A stretch of 61,079 nucleotides of DNA from Thermoplasmata archaeon (GTDB taxonomy: Archaea > Thermoplasmatota > Thermoplasmata > Lutacidiplasmatales > UBA184): NCBI GenBank assembly GCA_022750455.1, contig JAKIVR010000005.1, positions 1 through 61,079 on the forward strand, read 5' to 3'. A program made the position numbers and the translations under genes. Shown in pieces: positions 19,780 through 29,140 of the stretch. The notes beneath the pieces are model-generated. The model had not been told where the DNA came from. It did not search any database and saw nothing but the letters and a program-made list of their open reading frames with translations. Within the stretch, counting starts at the first letter, position 1, and each line of letters starts with the position of its first letter.

Positions 19780-22329
19780 ATGAGCATGCGGCCCGCGCGG
19801 ACACGTCGGGGACTCGCGGCGCTCGCGGTCTGGGTCGCCGTGATCACGATCGTTTCGGGCGCTCCCGGGATCAGTGCGGCGAAGGCGCTCCCGCCGGCGA
19901 CCACCCCGGCGACGGTTTCGCCGTCCACCGCCCAGCCGTCCGAGGTCATGCCGGCGTTCGTGTCGATGCCGTGGAGCGAGAGGGCCGGATACTACCCCCA
20001 GTATTGGGGATCGGTCTCGAACGAGACCCCTCTCACGTCGACCATCAACATCGAGGTGACGTTCTGGCCCCGGGACATGTCGCTGTACCTGCCGCTCGCC
20101 GCGGGGGCGCCTCCCCTCACCTTGGCCCAGTTCAACGCCGAGTACTCCCCGTCCAATGCCACCTACGAAGCCGTCGCCTCCTACCTCACGGAACGCGGTC
20201 TGACCGTGGTGGATACGGAGCCGGACCGGATGTCGCTCGGTCTGGTGGGAGCCGCCGCGGACGTCGGCTCGGCGTTCGGGACCAGCTTGATGGCCGGTCG
20301 GTGGCACGGCGATCTCGTCCACGTGCCTCTCACGGCGCCCTCCCTCCCGGGGAACCTGGCGGGCTCCATTGCCGCCATCTCGGGTCTGGCGGACGGCTTC
20401 ACCCAGTTCTCCCTCCCCCTGAACCGGATGCCGTACCCTTCGACGACCGTCGCCCCGGCGCCGATCCCCCTCCAGGCGCGGACGACGTCGTTCATCACCC
20501 CGGGGGAGGTCCGGAACGTGTACGATGCGGACGATCTGTACAACTACTCCGGTTCGGCCCACTGGGCCACTTCCGTAGGTATCGCTCTCGTGTTGTGGGG
20601 CGATGGGTTCGATCCCACCGACGTCAGTACATTCTTCGACTCGGACTACCCGTCCGAGTTCCCGACGCCGACGATCAGCTACGTGAACGTCGATGGAGCG
20701 CCCGCCCCCAGCGCGGCCGCGCTCGACGATCCGAGCAATGCGCCGCAGGAGCTCACCCTCGACATCGAATGGTCGGGGTCGATGGCGCCGGGGGCGCAGC
20801 TGTTCGCCGTCTACGCACCGGATGGACCGTCGACCAACGGCTACTCTCCATCCGACTCGACCCTCGAGGACGCGCTCAACCGGGCGGCGGGTCTCGCCGC
20901 GGTCGAGGTCGTCTCCATGTCGTTCGCGACCCCGGATGGGGCCGATCCCGCCTTCCAGACGGCCTTCAGTACGACGTTCGCCAGCGGCACCGCCCGCGGC
21001 CTGACGTTCCTCGCCGCGTCCGGCGATGACGGCGGGACGAACAACCCGAAAGGCGCGTGCACCAATATCCCGGAGCCCGAGTTCCCGGCCGCCTCCCCCG
21101 ACGTCCTGGCGGTCGGCGGCACGGCGCTCTCCGTGGGACTCACCTTGACCGGCGGGATCGACGGGATCGCCGCGGAGCCCGCCTGGAAGGACAGCGGGGG
21201 CGGATTCTCCGTCACGTACGACGCGCCGAAGTGGCAGCTCGTCGGCTCCGCCGCGAGCGTCATCGGCCCCACCGGTCGACGGGGGATTCCCGACGTCTCG
21301 GCCCCGGCCGCGGACAATTTCTTCTACTACAATGGCCAGAACGCGGCCGGGAACGGGACGAGCTTCGCCTCGCCGACCTGGGCCGGCCTCGTCGCGGAGA
21401 TGGACGCCATCCACGGGCAGGCGCTCCCCTCCCTCGGCCCGCGCATCTACGGCATCGGCGCCGCGGAGGAGGTCGGTTCGGATGCCCAAGGCCTCGCCGA
21501 CATCACGACCGGGTCGAACTGTCTCGGCAATGCGACCGTGGGATGGGACACCGCGACCGGGTGGGGGAGCCCCCGCGCCCTCGCGCTCTACCAGGACTTG
21601 GTCTCGTCGTACGTCACGGTCAATCTGACCTTGGGTCAATCGATCGTACCGCCGGGCGGGGACGTGGCGGCGTCTGCCGAGATCGCCAACGCCACGGACC
21701 ACGCCCCCATCGACAACGTCACCGTCAATTTCACCGTCTCTAGCCCGGGGTACATCGGCCCCTGCGCCGGCACCCTCGGGGTCGCGGCGCAGGCAACAGG
21801 AACGAACGGCGTCGCCGCCGCCTCCATCCCCGTGCCGGCGTGCTACTTCGGCGATTCGGTCTTCGTGGTGGCATCCGTCACCAGCCGGGGCTACTTCGGC
21901 ATGAACCAGTCCTCGGCCCGGGTGAACCTGCTCGGGTACCTCCCCTCCCTCACGTTCCTGCAGAGTGGACCGTGGAACGTGATTGGCTTCGCGGTCATCG
22001 TGAGTGCCGCTACGGCGTTCTCTTGGTGGCTCGGTCGGCGGAAGGGGACGCCGCTCTCGTTCGTTCGATGGTTCTCCCGCTCGGCCCCTCCGGTGGCTGG
22101 GACCCCGGGGCCCGGACCGCCGGCGCCGGCCGATCCCGACGCCTCCGGGGGCGGGATCTTGCCGGCCGGGATCTTCGGCGGTACGCCCGCCACGTCGATC
22201 GGCGCCGCGCCGTCGGATGGGAGCACGTGCATCCGGTGCGGGGGGGCGCTCGACCCCACGATCGATTTCTGCCCTCGGTGCGGCCACGAACGAGGCCCGG
22301 AACCCTCGACCCCGGCGCCCCCCGCGTGA
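19780..22329 (+). CDS. Secreted, membrane-anchored sedolisin (S53) with cytoplasmic Zn ribbon
   Basis: Signal peptide (TRRGLAAL..), pro-domain, ELTLDIEWS, ASGDDG, GTSFASP, GWDTATGWGSP, Ig-like domain, TM helix and CIRC..CPRC. Confidence 0.9.
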   Translation: MSMRPARTRRGLAALAVWVAVITIVSGAPGISAAKALPPATTPATVSPSTAQPSEVMPAFVSMPWSERAGYYPQYWGSVSNETPLTSTINIEVTFWPRDMSLYLPLAAGAPPLTLAQFNAEYSPSNATYEAVASYLTERGLTVVDTEPDRMSLGLVGAAADVGSAFGTSLMAGRWHGDLVHVPLTAPSLPGNLAGSIAAISGLADGFTQFSLPLNRMPYPSTTVAPAPIPLQARTTSFITPGEVRNVYDADDLYNYSGSAHWATSVGIALVLWGDGFDPTDVSTFFDSDYPSEFPTPTISYVNVDGAPAPSAAALDDPSNAPQELTLDIEWSGSMAPGAQLFAVYAPDGPSTNGYSPSDSTLEDALNRAAGLAAVEVVSMSFATPDGADPAFQTAFSTTFASGTARGLTFLAASGDDGGTNNPKGACTNIPEPEFPAASPDVLAVGGTALSVGLTLTGGIDGIAAEPAWKDSGGGFSVTYDAPKWQLVGSAASVIGPTGRRGIPDVSAPAADNFFYYNGQNAAGNGTSFASPTWAGLVAEMDAIHGQALPSLGPRIYGIGAAEEVGSDAQGLADITTGSNCLGNATVGWDTATGWGSPRALALYQDLVSSYVTVNLTLGQSIVPPGGDVAASAEIANATDHAPIDNVTVNFTVSSPGYIGPCAGTLGVAAQATGTNGVAAASIPVPACYFGDSVFVVASVTSRGYFGMNQSSARVNLLGYLPSLTFLQSGPWNVIGFAVIVSAATAFSWWLGRRKGTPLSFVRWFSRSAPPVAGTPGPGPPAPADPDASGGGILPAGIFGGTPATSIGAAPSDGSTCIRCGGALDPTIDFCPRCGHERGPEPSTPAPPA

Positions 22330-22376
22330 GCCTCGCGCGCAACCTATTGTAGGGGCGTCCGCTCCTCAGCTGCATC

Positions 22377-23105
22377 GTGCCCGCCGCGAAGCGTTCCGCC
22401 CCCTCTTCCGCCGATGCGACACGCGCGTTCATCGACGAGCACCCGAGCATCCGTCAGGCGCTGTTGGATGACTTCGTCCACATCGCCTCCCTCGCGCGGA
22501 AGATCCAGGACGAGCGGGACGTCCACCATCAGGAGGCGGTCGAGATCGCCGCGCGCCGGTATCAGCAGGAGATGATGGCGCTCGGCGTGGAAGAGATGCC
22601 GGTCCGCGCGATCCTCCGCGAGAGCCGTCTGGAGGTCCGCTCCCGGATGGCGATGCTGCGGATCCGCGAGAACGGGAAGATCCTCCAGGACGTGTACCAA
22701 TTGGGCCAGGGCCTCTTCCCCACGCTCCGCCAGCGGGGCGTCTTCCAGATGATCCAGGGCAGCGAAGCGCTCACGATCCTGTGCGGGGACGATCTGCTCG
22801 GTTCGTTGCTCGAGATCATTCCGAAGGAGGCGGTCCTGCGCACGGAACGCGGGCTCGCGACCCTCACCTTCCGCAGCGACCCGTCGATCGAAGAGACGCC
22901 GGGCGTGATCGCGCTCCTCGCCGAGCTGCTCTATCGGAGCGGTCTCAACTTCCTGGAGACGGTGAGCGTCCATACCGACTCCACGTTCGTCTTCCGCGAG
23001 GAGGACGTGATCCGTGCGTACGGGATCCTCTCGGAGCTCACAGAGAACCGGAGCGTCGCGACGCCTCGGCGGAAGGGCGTGGCCTCGCGAACGACCGGCT
23101 CGTAG
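22377..23105 (+). CDS. Archaeal HTH/ACT-domain putative amino-acid-responsive regulator (paralog 1)
   Basis: FIDEHPSIR..L....VHIASLARKI and C-terminal ACT IEETPGVIA...GLNFLETVSVHTD. Confidence 0.8.
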   Translation: MPAAKRSAPSSADATRAFIDEHPSIRQALLDDFVHIASLARKIQDERDVHHQEAVEIAARRYQQEMMALGVEEMPVRAILRESRLEVRSRMAMLRIRENGKILQDVYQLGQGLFPTLRQRGVFQMIQGSEALTILCGDDLLGSLLEIIPKEAVLRTERGLATLTFRSDPSIEETPGVIALLAELLYRSGLNFLETVSVHTDSTFVFREEDVIRAYGILSELTENRSVATPRRKGVASRTTGS

Positions 23106-23115
23106 ACGCGGTCGG

Positions 23116-23517
23116 TCAGACCTCGGCGGTCTCGACCGGAGCAGTTCCCCCGCTGGGAAGCTCTCGGGTCGCGGGGGTGGTCGCCCACGGCGCCGGGCCG
23201 CGCAGTGCCTGCTGGAGGAGCGAGGAGCGCTCCCGGAGCGTCAGCCCCGGATGCTGGCCGTACAAGTGGATCTCCAGCGAAGCCCGCGTCGCGTACTTTC
23301 GCGAGCAGAGCGGGCACGGCACCATCGCCACGTCCGATAGGAATTGGCGGCACTCGCAGCCCACGACGTGACAGGGCATCGGCGTGGTCCGGTCCCGCGG
23401 GCGCGTGAAGTGGCGGCGGATTCGGCCGTCCGGAACGGCGAAGATGTAGTGGCTGCCTCGGAGATGGTCGCAGGTCGTGCAGGAGAGAAGTCGCAGGTAA
23501 CGCCTCTGGGTGACCAC
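23116..23517 (-). CDS. Small Cys/His-rich protein with a C2H2 zinc finger
   Basis: CTTCDH...H, CHVVGCEC and CPLC-x12-H-x4-H. GTG start with purine-rich SD. Fills the gap between the two ACT genes. Confidence 0.65.
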   Translation of the reverse strand: MVTQRRYLRLLSCTTCDHLRGSHYIFAVPDGRIRRHFTRPRDRTTPMPCHVVGCECRQFLSDVAMVPCPLCSRKYATRASLEIHLYGQHPGLTLRERSSLLQQALRGPAPWATTPATRELPSGGTAPVETAEV

Positions 23518-23672
23518 GCGCTTCCTTCCCTCCCGGGGACCCTGCGCCGGCGGACGCACACCGCGTTCCGGACCGGCCAGTGAACCCGTACCGAGCGCCC
23601 CCGTAGCGGGGGGCCGATATATCCTCATGGGCCGCGAACGGCAACCTTCTTCATCCTCTGTCGGGCTGCGGC

Positions 23673-24389
23673 GTGGAGACCATCGTGCCGAAGGAGCGAA
23701 CTCGGGCCCCGACCGCGGCGGAGGTCGCGCGCCGGTACATCGAGGACCACCCGGCGATCCGGGACTGCCTCGGCTACGACATCGTCAACTTCACCTCGCT
23801 CGCGCGGAAGATCCGCGCCGAGACCGGCCTCGCGAACCAAGAAGCGGTCGAGGTCGCGTGCCGCCGGTACCGCCGGGAGATGCGCGTGGCCCGGTCGCTC
23901 GAGGACCGGATCCTCGAGGTGATCCGGGCGAGTCGCATCGAGGTGCGAACCCGGGTCGCGATCATCACGGCTCCGAACGATTGGGGCCTGCTCGGGCAGA
24001 TCCTCGACGTGGGGCGCCCGCTCCTGACGGATCGCCGCCATCTGTTGCAGCTCGTCCAGGGTCCGGGGGCGCTCACCGTGCTGTGCGAGGAGGACATCGC
24101 GGACGCGATCCTTGGCTCCGTCGGCCGGAGGTCGGCCCTCGGGGTCCACCGCCAACTCTCCGCGGTCACCGTGCGGAGCCCGGAGTCGATCGTGGAGACG
24201 CCGGGGGTTCTCGCGTACCTCGCCGGGACGCTCTACCGAGCCGGGGTCAACAGCCTCGAACTGATGAGCGTCTACACGGACTCCACGTTCGTCGTCCGGG
24301 AGGCGGACGTCCTCCACGCGTTCCGCGTGCTCTCCGGTCTCGTCCACCCGCCGCAAGGCGGTGCCGGAGCCGAAGGAACGTCGGCGTGA
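23673..24389 (+). CDS. Archaeal HTH/ACT-domain putative regulator (paralog 2)
   Basis: YIEDHPAIRDCL....VNFTSLARKI and IVETPGVLAYL...GVNSLELMSVYTDSTFVV. Collinear with 22377..23105. Confidence 0.8.
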   Translation: METIVPKERTRAPTAAEVARRYIEDHPAIRDCLGYDIVNFTSLARKIRAETGLANQEAVEVACRRYRREMRVARSLEDRILEVIRASRIEVRTRVAIITAPNDWGLLGQILDVGRPLLTDRRHLLQLVQGPGALTVLCEEDIADAILGSVGRRSALGVHRQLSAVTVRSPESIVETPGVLAYLAGTLYRAGVNSLELMSVYTDSTFVVREADVLHAFRVLSGLVHPPQGGAGAEGTSA

Positions 24390-24481
24390 ACCGCCCCGGG
24401 CGCCCGGCGAAGGAAGAGGTATATACGACTCACACGGGTAGCGGCGCGGGCCAATATCCCACCTCGGCAACGGGAAGTAGC

Positions 24482-27400
24482 ATGTCAGAACCGATCGACT
24501 TTCAGCGGGCGACCCTGCGACGCGATCCTCGGGCCATGACTCCGATCACTTCGATCGTGGTCGTCGTGGTCGTCCTGGCCCTCGTCGGCCTTTCGGCGTA
24601 CGGCATCGCCGGAGGGTTCTCCCCGGCGGCGGTGCAGACGTGCCAACCCGCGACCTCGATCGCCTGCGGCGCCGCGAGCAACGCCCATGACATCGTCTTG
24701 ATCGCTCCGTTCCACTCCGTCCAACAGGGCGGCGCAGTGCCCTTGACCGTCAGCCTTCCCGCCGGAGAATCCACCTCTTCCTACACCTACAACTTTGGGG
24801 ACGGCACGTCCACCACAACGGCCTCGCCGACCGTCTCGCACATCTACAACACGACCGGAACCTATCTGATCAGTGTGAAGGCGATGGTCGACGGCCTGCC
24901 CCATGACAACTACCTGAACCTGGTCGAGATGCAGGTGACCCAGTCGTTCGCCAACGACGTGAACGGCACCCTCCCGACGGTGCAGGCCTCGATCGTCCAC
25001 AACGCGACGAACGTCAGTGGCGGTCCCTCCCCGACGGCCGCTCTCCTCGCCGGCCAATCCATTACCCTCCAAGGCACGTACGCCACGCCTCCCTCGGCGG
25101 CGTCGTTCGTCGACGTCAAGCCGACGTTCAAGTTCCCGAGCTCGGTCACCGAGACCCCGGTGGGGACCAGCACGAACTCCTCCATCGAGGGGGCGTTCCT
25201 CTTCCCGACGGCCGGCATCTTCAATGTGACCTTCGTCGGCGGCGCCACGAACAACACCAACAACCTCACGGTGCCGAACCAGTACGCCAACTACACCTGG
25301 ACGGTCATCGTTCCACCGGCGGACACCGGCATCGGTGTCGCGGGTCAGGTCGTCCACAAGAGCCCGCACCCCGGTGAGATCATCAACTACGAGATCGCCC
25401 CGGGCGGCGCTCGTTCGGAGGATCCGGCGATCGCTTACGACACGGTGAGCGCGGAGCCCGTCGCCAACGTCTATCAGACGCTGATCCAATACAACGGCTC
25501 CCAAACCGGTCCGACGTACGCCTCCTACGTCCCCGTCCTGGCGACGTGCGTTCCCGGCAGCCCGCAGTGCCAGAACATGTACGGCAGCGACCTGATCAAC
25601 AACGTGAACAATTACACATTCGTCATCAGTAGCGCGCCCCAGTTCTACGACCACGCGACGGGGAACAGCTGGGGAGTGTACCCCACGGACGTCCTCTTCT
25701 CCATGGCCCGCGACCTCGGGTTTTCGACGCTGCCAAGCCCCACCATCAATCCCGGCTGGATCGTGGCGCAGGCGCTCCTCGGGCCGGGGAACGCCACGTG
25801 GGACACGATCCACCAATCGTACAACAACAGCCCGTTGGACATCCTCGACTCGATGACCGTGAACGGCTCGTTCTGCCCGGCCATCGCCATGTCGCAGGCC
25901 CACGGCTGCATCACCTTCAACGCCGATGCGAAGGGGCTTCAGTGGCCGTACTTCCTCGAGCTCATCTCCGATGACCTCGGCGCCGGTATCGTGCCATGCG
26001 GATGGTTCAGCGCCCAGGCCCAGAACGCGGGCATCCCGTACTGGACGGCCGGCAACTCGACCGGTAACGGCGATCACCCGTGCCAGGTCCCCGGGGCGAC
26101 CGCGAACGGAATTACGTGGGGACGAGCCGCGAACCAGATCCCCGCCGAAGGCTGGGACCAGTGGGAGACGATCGGCTCCGGTGCGACGGGGCGGTTCGGT
26201 GGGAACGTCCAATACAACATGGCCGGCAGCGGCCCGTACTACCTCTCCCAGTACTCGGTCGGCCTCTCCTTCACTCTGACGGCGAGCCCAGTCTACTCGT
26301 CCAACCCGCTCTGCACCTGGGCAGGCTGCATGCCCAAGCCCGGAACGTTCGCGAAAACGGTGAGCGTGACGTGGGACCCGACCGCCCAGGAAGGCGAGCA
26401 GGCCCTCGGCGCCGGCATCGCGGACTTTGCGGGGGTGCCTTCGACCGACTTCGCGTTCCTGTTGGAACTGATCAGTCAAGGGAAGGTCGTCGCTTCGACG
26501 TCCCCGACGCTGAGCGTCTTCTTCGACGCGTTCGATCTGCAGTTCTCGCTCTCGGGCGCGCAGCAGTTCTCCACGGTCCCGATCACGGTGAAGAGCGACT
26601 TCTTCTCGTATCTCGGTGTGCGCGAGTTCTTCACCCACGCGTATCCGTACAACACGATCGAGAAGGAGCTCAACACGTACGACGGGATCGTCCTCGGGAC
26701 GAACTACGGCGGCGCCATTCCGCAGTACATGGCCAACTACTACCCGACGAACATCAGCTGGCCGAGCGGTGATCCGTGCACCTCGACCACCGATCCGGCG
26801 TGCGCCGCGTACTGGTGGTTCCAGCTGCACAATGACACCAACGGCGTCCCGGGCCCGTACTACGACCCGGAGCTCGCCTCCTGCTCGTCGGCGAACCCGT
26901 GCACGTTGCCCCTCGTCGGTCAGACGGGGAATCCGACGGGAGACGAGGAGAACGCCCTCTGGGTCGACCAGCTCACCTCCCTGAGCGGCGGCGCCTTGAA
27001 GGTGATCCCGACGGACATCAACTTCCTGTCGTCGATCATCAACTCCCAGGATTCGGCGCCGACCCAGAACCCGATGCCGATCTTCGGGATCGGCTGGGCC
27101 CCGGACTATCCGGACCCAACGGACTACACGACCCCCCTCTATCTGGAGAACTCGACGTACACGTACGGGGACGCGGACGCCCAGTCGCTGTACACCAGCG
27201 CATACGGGGCGAAGAGCTGCCCCGTCGCGACCGACTACAGCTACTACGCGAACAACATGTTCGCCCAGGACTGCCAGGGTGTTGCGTACAAGTCGATGGT
27301 GAAGCTGTTGGGAATGGCCGGCGTGACCCCGGCGTGCACCACGGGCACTGCGTTGACCTGCCAGCGGAACATCCTCTACACCATGGGAGAGAAGATCGCG

Positions 27401-27547
27401 AACCAGCTCGCGTTGTATGTCTACACCGACCAGCAGGCCGGGTTCAGCTACGCAGCGTCCTGGATCAACATCTATGCGACGCCCCCCAACGTCGTGACGG
27501 CGGGCCCCCAGTACGCGTTCGTGCAGGGGAACGGAGTCATCGGCTAA
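24482..27547 (+). CDS. Peptide ABC transporter substrate-binding protein (family 5) with N-terminal PKD domain
   Basis: PKD motif YNFGDG..TVSHIY..TGTY, and SBP5 motifs DPAIAYDT..VYQTLIQY, AGSGPY, GWAPDYPDP. TATATA box at ~24420. Confidence 0.88.
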   Translation: MSEPIDFQRATLRRDPRAMTPITSIVVVVVVLALVGLSAYGIAGGFSPAAVQTCQPATSIACGAASNAHDIVLIAPFHSVQQGGAVPLTVSLPAGESTSSYTYNFGDGTSTTTASPTVSHIYNTTGTYLISVKAMVDGLPHDNYLNLVEMQVTQSFANDVNGTLPTVQASIVHNATNVSGGPSPTAALLAGQSITLQGTYATPPSAASFVDVKPTFKFPSSVTETPVGTSTNSSIEGAFLFPTAGIFNVTFVGGATNNTNNLTVPNQYANYTWTVIVPPADTGIGVAGQVVHKSPHPGEIINYEIAPGGARSEDPAIAYDTVSAEPVANVYQTLIQYNGSQTGPTYASYVPVLATCVPGSPQCQNMYGSDLINNVNNYTFVISSAPQFYDHATGNSWGVYPTDVLFSMARDLGFSTLPSPTINPGWIVAQALLGPGNATWDTIHQSYNNSPLDILDSMTVNGSFCPAIAMSQAHGCITFNADAKGLQWPYFLELISDDLGAGIVPCGWFSAQAQNAGIPYWTAGNSTGNGDHPCQVPGATANGITWGRAANQIPAEGWDQWETIGSGATGRFGGNVQYNMAGSGPYYLSQYSVGLSFTLTASPVYSSNPLCTWAGCMPKPGTFAKTVSVTWDPTAQEGEQALGAGIADFAGVPSTDFAFLLELISQGKVVASTSPTLSVFFDAFDLQFSLSGAQQFSTVPITVKSDFFSYLGVREFFTHAYPYNTIEKELNTYDGIVLGTNYGGAIPQYMANYYPTNISWPSGDPCTSTTDPACAAYWWFQLHNDTNGVPGPYYDPELASCSSANPCTLPLVGQTGNPTGDEENALWVDQLTSLSGGALKVIPTDINFLSSIINSQDSAPTQNPMPIFGIGWAPDYPDPTDYTTPLYLENSTYTYGDADAQSLYTSAYGAKSCPVATDYSYYANNMFAQDCQGVAYKSMVKLLGMAGVTPACTTGTALTCQRNILYTMGEKIANQLALYVYTDQQAGFSYAASWINIYATPPNVVTAGPQYAFVQGNGVIG

Positions 27548-27621
27548 GGGACGCGGTCCCGGCGCTCCGGGCGGCCTCGCCGCCCGGAAACCTCTAAATC
27601 GCACTCCCCTGTGCTCCGACG

Positions 27622-29139
27622 ATGGAGCCCGGGGAAGAGTCGCCCGAGGCGCTCCAGGAGCGCTCCGAGACGCTCTCCCCTCTCGAGGTCGACCTGCTCC
27701 TTCGTCTGCGCCGGTCGACGGAGCCGCTGGCGGAGAGCGAGCTGCTCGGCCCGATGACGGCGAACACCGATACGGTCCGCGGCACGCTGCAGCGGCTGAG
27801 GGCGAAGCGATTTGTCGTCGTGGAGGAGATCCATCACCGGGACCCTCGTCTCACGCACCGGGGGGAGGAGGCCCGCCGCGCGGGGCTCCCGGAACGTAGA
27901 CTGATCACCCTGTTGCGAGGCCAAGACTCCGTGGACCCCGCCGGTCTCGCGGCCGCCGGCTGGTCGGACGAGGAGCGCTCGGCCGCGATCGGCATCCTAA
28001 GGCGCGCCGGGTACCTCGCCGACGGCGTCCCGTTCCGTCTCGCGCCGAGCACGCCGGCGGACGTCCGACTTCCCGAAGAGGCGATCCTCGACAAGGTAGA
28101 AACTGGAGCCCCGGTGGAGGAACGCGCGCTCGCCTCCGCGATCAAGCGCGGCCTCGTATCGATCGAGAGCCGGACCGACCGGCGGTGGGGGGCCTCCGAG
28201 GAAGGTCGGAGCCTTCCCCTGGAGACCGGCGGTCGGCCCGCCGTGGGCGCCCTGACGGCCGAGATGCTCCGGGACGGCCGGTGGCGTTCTGTCGCCCTGC
28301 GGCCGTACGACGTCCGGGCCGATCCTCCGTTCGCGCCCGTCCTGCGGCCCCATCCATACCTTGAGTTCCTCGAGGAGTTCGAGGAGATCCTGATCGGCCT
28401 CGGCTTCCAAGAGGCGCTGGGGCCCCTGCTGGAGAGCGAGTTCTGGAACGCCGACGTGCTGTTCATGCCCCAGGAGCACCCGGCGCGTTCGATCCACGAC
28501 GTCTTCCACGTCCGAGACGCGCCGCCCGTGGCGCCCCCCGAGGCGCTGCTCGAGCGCGTCGCCGCCGTCCACGAGGGTCGCGCCCTCCCGGGGGAGAGTG
28601 CCCCGGTCTCCCGCGGGTGGAGGGTCCCGTACGACCGGTCGTTCGCCGCCGCCCCCGTGTTGCGCTCGCAGACGACCGCGATCTCGGCCCGAGTCCTCGC
28701 GACGCACCCCCGGCCGCCGTTCCGCCACTACGCCATCGACCGGAACTTCCGGTACGATCCTGTGGACGCCACCCACCACATCGAGTTCGCCCAGTGCGAA
28801 GGGATCCTCGGAGGCGAGGGGACGTCGCTCCGGGACCTCGTCGCCTTGTTCCGGTCGGTGGCCGAGGCGATCGGGATTCGGGAGCTCAAGATCCGGCCGA
28901 GCTACTTCCCGTTCACCGAGCCGTCGATCGAAGGATACGTGCGGCACCCGAGGCTCGGTTGGATCGAGGTGTTCCCCGGCGGAATGTTCCGCCCGGAGGT
29001 GCTCCGGCCGCTGCAGATCGACGTACCCGTGATCGCGTGGGGCATCGGCATCACCCGCCTCGCCCTCGTCTCCCTCGGCGTACGCGACATCCGCGAGATC
29101 TACACGGACGACGTCGCCCGATTGACGGGGAGGCAGTAA
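27622..29139 (+). CDS. pheS: Phenylalanyl-tRNA synthetase alpha subunit (archaeal long form)
   Basis: FWNADVLFMPQEHPARSIHD, LRSQTT, FRYDPVDATHHIEF and PSYFPFTEPS. Confidence 0.96.
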   Translation: MEPGEESPEALQERSETLSPLEVDLLLRLRRSTEPLAESELLGPMTANTDTVRGTLQRLRAKRFVVVEEIHHRDPRLTHRGEEARRAGLPERRLITLLRGQDSVDPAGLAAAGWSDEERSAAIGILRRAGYLADGVPFRLAPSTPADVRLPEEAILDKVETGAPVEERALASAIKRGLVSIESRTDRRWGASEEGRSLPLETGGRPAVGALTAEMLRDGRWRSVALRPYDVRADPPFAPVLRPHPYLEFLEEFEEILIGLGFQEALGPLLESEFWNADVLFMPQEHPARSIHDVFHVRDAPPVAPPEALLERVAAVHEGRALPGESAPVSRGWRVPYDRSFAAAPVLRSQTTAISARVLATHPRPPFRHYAIDRNFRYDPVDATHHIEFAQCEGILGGEGTSLRDLVALFRSVAEAIGIRELKIRPSYFPFTEPSIEGYVRHPRLGWIEVFPGGMFRPEVLRPLQIDVPVIAWGIGITRLALVSLGVRDIREIYTDDVARLTGRQ

Positions 29140-29140
29140 C

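Noticed and set aside
23510-24481. N-terminal 324 aa of the 1345-aa ORF
   Set aside because: It is a shadow frame over the ACT gene. The SBP has its own TATA box and starts at 24482.
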